Translations under genes and position numbers: made by a program | Source of the DNA: an uncultured Acidobacteriota bacterium | GTDB lineage: Bacteria; Acidobacteriota; Thermoanaerobaculia; Thermoanaerobaculales; Sulfomarinibacteraceae | DNA: 64,000 nt | NCBI GenBank assembly: GCA_963823445.1 | Contig: CAWGLT010000023.1 | Span: 151,018-215,017, forward strand | Direction: 5' to 3' | Notes under the pieces: generated by a model | Told to the model about the DNA's origin: nothing | The model's input: only the letters and a program-made list of their open reading frames with translations | Database searches by the model: none | Shown here: positions 36,209 to 43,251 of the stretch, in pieces | Position numbering within the stretch: the stretch's first letter is position 1 | Layout: every line of letters starts with the position of its first letter

Positions 36209-36232
36209 ACATCTCTGATTGGAGGGCTCAGC

Positions 36233-36811
36233 GTGGCCAGAAATTTCAACAAGCGGAATCTCACCACCGGAGACATCGCCAAACTGTGCGGCGTCAACTT
36301 CCGGACGGTGATCCGATGGATTCAACGAGGCCACCTGAAGGCGTTTCAGCTGCCCGGGCGCGGTGACAACCGGGTCCAGGTCGCCGACTTTATCGAGTTT
36401 CTCAACGCCAACAACATGCCGGTTCCCGAGGAACTGCTGCCGTCCGCCAAAAAGGTGCTCATCGTCGAGGGGGATGCCGAATCGGCCGCCTCGTTGGAAA
36501 AAGCGCTGCGGGGAGCGGGCTTTGACACACGTCTGGCCACCGACGGGTTCTCTGCCGGAGCGCTGGTGAGCTCGTTCGGACCCAACGTCATGACTGTCGA
36601 TGTCGGAATGAAGGGTGTCGACGGGGCCCAGGCGATCAAGCTCATGAGGGAGGATGCCCGCCTCGGTCTCGCCAAGATCATCGCGGTGACTTCTGCGAGC
36701 ACGAGCAGGAAGAAGCGGGACGAACTCCTCGAGGCGGGCGCCGACGAGGTTCTCAACCGCCCGCTGAGTGGATCGGAGCTGGTCCGAAGGATCACCGCAC
36801 TGACGGGCTGA
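36233..36811 (+). CDS. response regulator with N-terminal excisionase/MerR-type HTH and C-terminal receiver domain
   Basis: HTH (LTTGDIAKLCGVNFRTVIRWIQRG) followed by REC (KVLIVEGDAESA ... MTVDVGMKGVDG ... AVTS). GTG start with GGAGGG SD. Confidence 0.75.
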   Translation: MARNFNKRNLTTGDIAKLCGVNFRTVIRWIQRGHLKAFQLPGRGDNRVQVADFIEFLNANNMPVPEELLPSAKKVLIVEGDAESAASLEKALRGAGFDTRLATDGFSAGALVSSFGPNVMTVDVGMKGVDGAQAIKLMREDARLGLAKIIAVTSASTSRKKRDELLEAGADEVLNRPLSGSELVRRITALTG

Positions 36812-36814
36812 TTC

Positions 36815-37192
36815 CTATTCCAGAGAGAGATCGACCCGGTTGTCCGGACCTTCCCAAACACTCACCGTGAGCAGCGCGCCGCCGATGGCGGCGAGCCTTG
36901 ACTGAAGATCGTCCGCCAGGACCTCGGCGAGGCGCTCCGCGGACGGGGTCGGACGGCCGATCGCCGGGTGGCGGTTGAGGTCGCTGTCCCGCAGCGGCGC
37001 CACGGTCTCGGCGAGGATGCCGTGGACCCCGTGAAAGTCGAGCGCGAAACCCTCGTCGTTGAGGCTTTCCGAGCCGACCCTGATGGCCACCTCCCAGCGG
37101 TGTCGGTGCGATTCCTCGGGTTGCCCGAGGTAGCTCGTGAGAGCGTGACGGGCATCGAAGGACGTCCGAGAATGGATCACCCACCGCGGCAT
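36815..37192 (-). CDS. queD: 6-pyruvoyl-tetrahydropterin synthase family (QueD-like) protein
   Basis: 125 aa. His ligands as FDARH and SHRHRW, plus DFHGV. The Cys normally 4 residues before the HxH motif is absent. The ATG lies 1 nt after the radical-SAM stop. Confidence 0.7.
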   Translation of the reverse strand: MPRWVIHSRTSFDARHALTSYLGQPEESHRHRWEVAIRVGSESLNDEGFALDFHGVHGILAETVAPLRDSDLNRHPAIGRPTPSAERLAEVLADDLQSRLAAIGGALLTVSVWEGPDNRVDLSLE

Positions 37193-37193
37193 C

Positions 37194-39797
37194 TCAGCCT
37201 GCCGATCGGCCGATCGCCGGGGTCAGGCGCTGAGCACCCGGGGGTTGCAGGACAATGCGTTCCCGGCGGATCCGGGACATCTGGACCTCGGTCTCGGTGA
37301 GGCCGAGAGACTCGAGGATCTTCTTGACGCTGGTGGTCGGGCCGGCGGCCTGACGGGCGTTGAGATCGACGGTGAGGCTGCCATCGGCGAGGACGGTCCA
37401 CCGGAGAATCGCGTCGGTCACGGACGGGTCGAGATCGGTCGATGCCTCGGGCCACCGGTATCCCGGCCGTTCGGGGATGCGGTATCGCGATGCGGCGACC
37501 ATCTTCCCGAGCGATGGCGCACCCGGCAGCAGCGGTGTGGCATCGACGATCTCGATCCCGTGCGGCAAAAGCCGATTGACCGCCGTGATGTGTTGTTGCC
37601 GCACCTGCGAGGTGCAGTCCACATCGAAGAGCTCGGCCTCGCCCTCGTGGCCGACGCTGAGGGCCGGCCCCATGGAAAGCCGGATGTGAGGGTTGTAGCC
37701 CTCGGTGTATCGCACGGGAACCCGTCCCCCGCGGATCGCCCGCTCGAGGGCGTCCATCACCTGGCGGTGCGAGAGATACCGCGCGTCGCCCATCTTGGTG
37801 AAGCTGAAGCGATAGCGGTGCTGGACCGGCGCCTGGGCTTCGATCCTGGCCTGGGGCGGCACCCGGGGCTCGGGACGCAGCTTGTAGGCGGCGGTCTTGG
37901 GACGATCGATCTCGGGCATGCTCTCGCCGAGCAGCGGCAGGGTGCAGGCCGCGAGCCGGGTGTCCGCGCCGTCGCCGGGGATTCCGCAGCGGTAGCAGCG
38001 GCCCCACTTGCAGTCTTCGGTGTCGGCTTCGCGGACGGCGCGCCGCCACTCGGCCTTGAGATAACCCTTGCGGACGCCGGCGTCGATGACGTCCCAGGGG
38101 AGGGTCTCGGCGATGTCGCGCTCGCCGAGTTCCCGCTTGATGTCGACGCCGGTGGCATCGACCGCCTTGCGCCATGCGTCGAGGTTGAGAAAATCGGTCC
38201 AACCGTCGAAAACCGCACCCTCGTCGTGCGCGAGTTCGATGGTTCTGCTGAGCTCCCGCCCGCCCCTTGAAAGCAGCGCCTCGAGGACCGCCTCCTCCGG
38301 ATCCGACCAGTTGAAGCGGGTTCCGTTGATCCGCCGAAAGCGATCCCGGAGGAACTCGATCCGGCGCCGTTGCTCGTCGGGGTCGATATACGGCTGCCAC
38401 TGGAAGGGCGTCCACGGTTTCGGGATGAAGCACCCCACCGAGACCTTGATCTCGACCTTGCGGCCGCGGATCCGTCGTCCGGCCTTCGCGAGATTTTCGG
38501 CCAGGATGGCGAGCTCCTCGAGATCGTCGTCGGTTTCGGTGGGCAGCCCGATCATGGCGTAGACCTTGATGGCGTTCCAACCCTTGGAGAACGCGGCCTC
38601 GGCCGCCTTGATCATGTCGGCGTTGGTGAAGGTCTTGTTGATGACGCGCCGGAGACGATCCGAACCGGTCTCCGGAGCGAAGGTGAATCCCGATTTTCGG
38701 ACCCTCGAGACGGCTTCTGCGAGCCCGACCGAAAACGAGTCGGCGCGCAGGCTCGGCAGATTGACCGAAACCCGGCGGTCGGACAACCGGTCGGCGAGGT
38801 TGTAGACGAGGGGTTCCACCTGGGAGTAGTCGGCGGAGGACAGGCTCAGCAACCCGATTTCTTCGAACCCGGTCTCGTCGATCTGGCGCTCGAGCCGTTC
38901 GACGACCCGGGCCGGGTCGTGTTCGCGGACCGGCCGGTACCAGTAGCCGGCCTGGCAGAAACGGCAGCCCTGGGTGCAGCCGCGCATGATCTCGAGCCCG
39001 AGACGGTCCTGGATGACCCCGGCGAAGGGTACGATGGGCGCCTCGGGCTGGTCGGCGAGATCGAGCTCGTCGACCCACACCCGTTTGACGGGGAACGGCG
39101 CGATCGCGGGTTCGGCCCACTCGCCTGGCTTCTCGCCCGTCGCGGGGGTCCAGGTGTAAAAACGCGGGACATAGACCCCTTCGACAGCAGCCAGACGGCG
39201 CAGGATCTCGATTCGGTCGTCGCCGGCTGTGCGGCCGTCGCGGATGGCGTCGAGCATGGTGTCGAGCGCGGCCTCGGCGTCGCCGATGAGGATGGCGTCG
39301 AAGAAGTCGGCCACCGGTTCTGGGTTGGCGGTGCACGGGCCGCCGCCGATGACGAGGGGCTCCTCCTCGGTGCGCTCGACGGCGCGGCGGGTGATGCCGG
39401 AGAGATCGAGGAGATACGGAATGTTGATGAAGTTGAGCTCGGATTGGAGCGAGATGCCGACCACGTCGAAATCGGCGATGGAGTGATAGGACTCGAGGGA
39501 GTAGAGGGGAAGATCGGAAGCACGGAGCGCCGCCGCCATGTCGGGCATGGGGGCGAAGGTCCGTTCGGCCAGAGCGTCATCGCGGCGGTTGACGAGGTGG
39601 TAGAGGATCCGGGTTCCCTGGTGGGACATGCCGATCTCGTAGGCGTCGGGGAAGGCGAGGGCGACCCGCAGCGCGACGCTGTCCCACGGTTTGCGGGTCA
39701 GGTTGCGTTCGAGGCCGAGATAGCGCGACGGGCTCTGGACGGTGGGCAGGATCGCGTCCAGGCGCTCGCGCAGGGTTGTCGGGTCGATGGTCGTCAT
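37194..39797 (-). CDS. B12-binding-domain radical SAM protein (TIGR03960-like) fused to a DUF2344/TIGR03936-like domain
   Basis: 868 aa starting at MTTIDPTTL (ATG 39797, GAGGAG SD). CxxxCxxC appears as RGCTQGCRFCQAG. The C-terminal ~230 aa (RYRFSFTKMGDARYLSHRQ) is DUF2344-like. The N-terminal 228 aa of the track ORF are translated repeats. Confidence 0.85.
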   Translation of the reverse strand: MTTIDPTTLRERLDAILPTVQSPSRYLGLERNLTRKPWDSVALRVALAFPDAYEIGMSHQGTRILYHLVNRRDDALAERTFAPMPDMAAALRASDLPLYSLESYHSIADFDVVGISLQSELNFINIPYLLDLSGITRRAVERTEEEPLVIGGGPCTANPEPVADFFDAILIGDAEAALDTMLDAIRDGRTAGDDRIEILRRLAAVEGVYVPRFYTWTPATGEKPGEWAEPAIAPFPVKRVWVDELDLADQPEAPIVPFAGVIQDRLGLEIMRGCTQGCRFCQAGYWYRPVREHDPARVVERLERQIDETGFEEIGLLSLSSADYSQVEPLVYNLADRLSDRRVSVNLPSLRADSFSVGLAEAVSRVRKSGFTFAPETGSDRLRRVINKTFTNADMIKAAEAAFSKGWNAIKVYAMIGLPTETDDDLEELAILAENLAKAGRRIRGRKVEIKVSVGCFIPKPWTPFQWQPYIDPDEQRRRIEFLRDRFRRINGTRFNWSDPEEAVLEALLSRGGRELSRTIELAHDEGAVFDGWTDFLNLDAWRKAVDATGVDIKRELGERDIAETLPWDVIDAGVRKGYLKAEWRRAVREADTEDCKWGRCYRCGIPGDGADTRLAACTLPLLGESMPEIDRPKTAAYKLRPEPRVPPQARIEAQAPVQHRYRFSFTKMGDARYLSHRQVMDALERAIRGGRVPVRYTEGYNPHIRLSMGPALSVGHEGEAELFDVDCTSQVRQQHITAVNRLLPHGIEIVDATPLLPGAPSLGKMVAASRYRIPERPGYRWPEASTDLDPSVTDAILRWTVLADGSLTVDLNARQAAGPTTSVKKILESLGLTETEVQMSRIRRERIVLQPPGAQRLTPAIGRSAG

Positions 39798-39834
39798 GGG
39801 CTCTCCTCGTCCGTGGCCGGACAATATATACCAA

Positions 39835-39851
39835 GTCTCAACATTTGCCGA
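39835..39851 (-). promoter_or_regulatory. possible extended -10 promoter within TTGAGACTTGGTATATA
   Basis: Minus strand reads TTGAGACTTGGTATATATTG about 35 nt upstream of the radical-SAM ATG. The same 12-mer occurs upstream of fmt. Confidence 0.35.
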
Positions 39852-40070
39852 CCCTCGGGGCTTCCAGGATCCGTGCCCGGGTCCGCGTCCGATTCCGTTT
39901 CCGTTCCCGATCCCGATCCCGGTCCCGAATAGCAGCGTCCGGGGCAGTGGCAGCGGCAGCGCCAGGGGCAGCGACCGGGGCAGCGGCAGGAACAGCGGCG
40001 GCGTCAGCCTCCGCGTTTCTTTCCGTGCCCGTATCCGCTTCCGTGACAGATCCGAGCCGATCTGCGATGG

Positions 40071-40838
40071 ATTGTGGGGGCGGGCTTCCAGCCTGCCCGT
40101 CAGGGTTGTTGAAGCCGGCCGTGCGTTCCCGAGAGAGTGCGGGGTATTGGGTCTTGTGGGATCTCGGGTTCCTGTCCTCCTCCCCGGCCTTCTGGGCCGC
40201 CGTGACGCTCTGGCGTCCCGGCGACCCAGCGTCGCACCATCGGCGTGGTCGCGGTTTTCTTTCAGGTTGGGCGGACATTGTGGGGGCGGGCTTCCAGCCT
40301 GCCCGTCAGGGTTGTTGAAGCCGGCCGTGCGTTGCCGAGAGAGTGCGGGGTATTGGGTCTTGTGGGATCTCGGGTTCCTGCCCTCGTCCCCGGCCTTCTG
40401 GGCCGCCGTGACGCTGTTGCGTCCCGGTGTCCCAGCGTCGCACCATCGGCGTGGTCGCGGTTTTCTTTCAGGTTGGGCGGTCATTGTGGGGGCGGGCTTC
40501 CAGCCTGCCCGTCAGGGTTGTTGAAGCCGGCCGGGCGTTGCCGAGAGAGTGCGGGGTATTGGGTCTTGCGGGATCTCGGGTTCCTGCCCTCGTCCCCGGC
40601 CTTCTGGGCCGCCGTGACGCAGTGCGTCCCGGCGACCCAGCGTCGCGCCATCGGCGCAGTCGCGGTTTTCTTTCAGGTTGGGCGGACATTGTGGGGGCGG
40701 GCTTCCAGCCTGCCCGTCAGGGTTGTTGAAGCCGGCCGTGCGTTGCCGAGAGAGTGCGGGGTATTGGGTCTTGCGGGATCTCGGGTTCCTGCCCTCCTCC
40801 CCGGCCTTCTGGGCCGCCTCCGGCGACCCAGCGTCGCA
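40071..40838 (+). repeat. tandem array of four ~206-bp structured non-coding units
   Basis: Units start with ATTGTGGGGG at 40071, 40277, 40483 and 40688 (periods 206, 206, 205). Copies 1-3 are ~95% identical by eye. Copy 4 lacks one internal hairpin and merges into element B3. Confidence 0.9.
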
Positions 40839-41053
40839 CCATCGGCGCGGTCGCGCGTGGGAGGCGGGGAGGGCTGCGACCACGCCGATGGCGCGCCGGC
40901 GGCCTGCCTCGCAGCCGGGAGAGCAGACCGCATCGCGCCTCCCGGGGGAGCCCGGTATGACATTGTGCGGGGAGCGCCGCGAAGCCTGGAGGTCGATCCG
41001 GCACAATGTCAAACCCGGCACCCCGATGGGGCGGGGTATTCCGCGGGTCCTGG
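40839..41053 (+). repeat. composite structured repeat B, copy B3
   Basis: Hairpins CCATCGGCGCGGTCGC/GCGACCACGCCGATGG (40839-40891) and TGACATTGTGC/GCACAATGTCA (40958-41011), with tail AAACCCGGCACCCCGATGGGGCGGGGTATTCCGCGGGTCCTGG. Confidence 0.85.
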
Positions 41054-41170
41054 TCGGGCGCTGTCGCTGTCGCTGATTCCTGCCGCTGTCCTGCCGCTGT
41101 TCCTGCCGCTGTCCCGGCCGCTGCATGCTGCCCCTGCCGCTGTCCCGGATACGGTTGTATCCTCGCGGTC

Positions 41171-42163
41171 CTACCCGCCGATGCCGAACGCCGCGAGGAT
41201 CTCCTCGGCCGCCGCGGTGGCGCTCATCGCGCCGTCGACGACATCGCGTTCGAGGCGCTCGATCCTGCGCTTGATCTCGGGGTGTTCGCGGACGGCAGCC
41301 CGGACGCCCTCGTCCACCAACGACCACATCCAGTGGAGCGCCTGACGACGACGGGCGGCCCCGAATTGACCGGTGCTCTCCCTGAGCCGACGGTGCTCTA
41401 CGATGAGGCCGTGGATCTCGTCGAGACCGTCGCCGGTGACGGCGCTCGTCGTGACCACCTTTGGGACCCACCGGCCGTCCCCGGCCGGCCGGAGGATGTG
41501 GAGGGCGCTTTCGAACTCGGCGCGGGCCCGTTCGGCCGCCGCCCGGTTGTCGCCGTCGGCCTTGTTGATGGCGATGAGGTCGGCGAGCTCGAGGATGCCG
41601 CGTTTGATCCCCTGCAGCTCGTCGCCGGCGCCGGCGAGCTTGAGGACGAGAAAGAAGTCGACCATGCCGGCGACGGAGACCTCTGATTGACCGACCCCGA
41701 CAGTCTCGACGAGAACCATGTCGAAGCCGGCGGCTTCGCAGACAATGATGGACTCGCGGGTCTTGCGCGCAACGCCACCGAGAGAGCCGCTCGACGGCGA
41801 GGGCCGGATGAAGGCGTCGGAGCTTCGAGACAACTCCTCCATCCGGGTCTTGTCGCCGAGGATCGAACCCTTCGAAACCGAGGATGATGGATCGACCGCG
41901 AGGACCGCGACCCGGTGCCCGTGCTCGATCATCCTCATGCCGAAGGCCTCGATAAAGGTGCTTTTCCCCACCCCGGGCACGCCGGTGATCCCGATGCGGT
42001 GCGCCTTGCCGGAGAAGGGGAGAAGCGCCGCGAGAAGCTCGTTTGCCCGGTGCCGGTGATCCACCCGATCCGACTCGATCACGGTCAGGGCCCGTCCGAG
42101 CACCGCCCGGTCGCCAACCCGGACCCCGGCTGCCAGCGAATCGATGGTGTCTGTTGTCCGCAT
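41171..42163 (-). CDS. meaB: methylmalonyl-CoA mutase-associated GTPase
   Basis: 330 aa with P-loop GVPGVGKST, DxxG (VETVGVGQ) and NKAD motifs. Confidence 0.9.
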   Translation of the reverse strand: MRTTDTIDSLAAGVRVGDRAVLGRALTVIESDRVDHRHRANELLAALLPFSGKAHRIGITGVPGVGKSTFIEAFGMRMIEHGHRVAVLAVDPSSSVSKGSILGDKTRMEELSRSSDAFIRPSPSSGSLGGVARKTRESIIVCEAAGFDMVLVETVGVGQSEVSVAGMVDFFLVLKLAGAGDELQGIKRGILELADLIAINKADGDNRAAAERARAEFESALHILRPAGDGRWVPKVVTTSAVTGDGLDEIHGLIVEHRRLRESTGQFGAARRRQALHWMWSLVDEGVRAAVREHPEIKRRIERLERDVVDGAMSATAAAEEILAAFGIGG

Positions 42164-42171
42164 TCACCTCA

Positions 42172-42199
42172 AGCCTACGTGGGAACCGCCAGAATTCAA
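42172..42199 (-). promoter_or_regulatory. sigma70-like promoter TTGAAT-16-TAGGCT, 8 nt before the meaB ATG
   Basis: Minus strand reads TTGAATtctggcggttcccacgTAGGCTtgaggtgaATG. This geometry implies a leaderless or near-leaderless mRNA. Confidence 0.45.
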
Positions 42200-42312
42200 G
42201 CCAATCGTAGCTCTCTGCGATGAAAAGCTGTCCTCGTCTTCAAATCTTCGGTTGGGCGGCCGTTGGCCGCATAGCCGAGAATTGAATTGAGACTTGGTGT
42301 AGACTTCGCGCC

Positions 42313-43251
42313 ATGAAACTTGTTTATTTCGGGACGCCCGACTTCGCTGTGCCGACGCTTCAGGCGCTCGTGGAGAGTCGCCACGAGGTGGTTCTGGTGG
42401 TCTCCAAGCCGGACCAGCCGGTCGGCCGCCACAAAGTCATGGCCTCGCCTCCGGTGATCGAGGTCGCCCGCCGCTTCGAGCTGCCGATCGCGCAACCCAA
42501 GGGCTTCAAGGGAGCCGCCTTCGAAGAGACCCTTGTCCAATGCGGCGCCGAGATCGCAGTGGTCGTGGCCTTTGGCAAGCTCATCCCCGAGAGCCTGCTC
42601 GGCGTGCCGGCGAGGGGATTCATCAACCTCCACCCGAGTCTTCTCCCCCGCCACCGAGGACCGTCGCCGATCCAGTGGAGTCTGGTCTGCGGCGACCGCT
42701 CGACGGGTGTCACGACGATGCAGCTCGATGAGGGCATGGACACCGGGCCGATCCTGCTTCAGGAACGGATGGCGATCGAGGCTCTCGATACCGCAGAGAC
42801 TCTTTCCCCGCGGTTGGCGGAATTGGGCGCGAAGCTCATGGTCCGAACTCTCGACGCCTTGGAGGATGGGACCGTCGAGCCGCGGCCACAGCCCGAAGAC
42901 GGCGCCAACGTGACCCCGATGTTGCGGCGGAACTTCGCCAAGATCGACTGGTCCATGCCGTCCAGGCAGCTCGTCAATCGGCTTCGCGGGTTCACGCCGT
43001 GGCCCGGACTCTACACCAAATTCCGCGGCGGTCGGCTCAAGATCTTCGGCCTCGAAGAGGTGCTTCCGGCCCCTCCCGGTCGGGAGGAGGGCGGGGTCGT
43101 GCTCGGAACCGGCCCTGCCGGAATCGTGGTCCGTTGCGGCCGGGGCTCGGCGGCGCTCATTACCGAGATGCAGCGCGAGGGCCGGCGGCGGCTGCCGGCC
43201 GATGCCTTCCTCATCGGTGAGCGGGTGAGCCGTGGCGAAGTCTTCGGGTGA
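42313..43251 (+). CDS. fmt: methionyl-tRNA formyltransferase
   Basis: 312 aa with FGTPDFAVP, INLHPSLLPRHRG and TTMQLDEGMDTG motifs. Confidence 0.95.
   Translation: MKLVYFGTPDFAVPTLQALVESRHEVVLVVSKPDQPVGRHKVMASPPVIEVARRFELPIAQPKGFKGAAFEETLVQCGAEIAVVVAFGKLIPESLLGVPARGFINLHPSLLPRHRGPSPIQWSLVCGDRSTGVTTMQLDEGMDTGPILLQERMAIEALDTAETLSPRLAELGAKLMVRTLDALEDGTVEPRPQPEDGANVTPMLRRNFAKIDWSMPSRQLVNRLRGFTPWPGLYTKFRGGRLKIFGLEEVLPAPPGREEGGVVLGTGPAGIVVRCGRGSAALITEMQREGRRRLPADAFLIGERVSRGEVFG

Noticed and set aside
39798-40484. The track's N-terminal extension gives the radical-SAM protein 1096 aa.
   Set aside because: The extra 228 residues are the translation of the 206-bp repeats and hexamer tracts (repeated PERKPRPRRW..QAGSPPPQ). 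A good ATG with a GAGGAG SD sits at 39797, where family-typical sequence begins.
40071-40838. Could the repeat array be a CRISPR array?
   Set aside because: The units are ~206 bp and directly abutting, with no unique spacers between them. No cas genes or leader are present in the window. The units contain several internal hairpins rather than one short palindrome.
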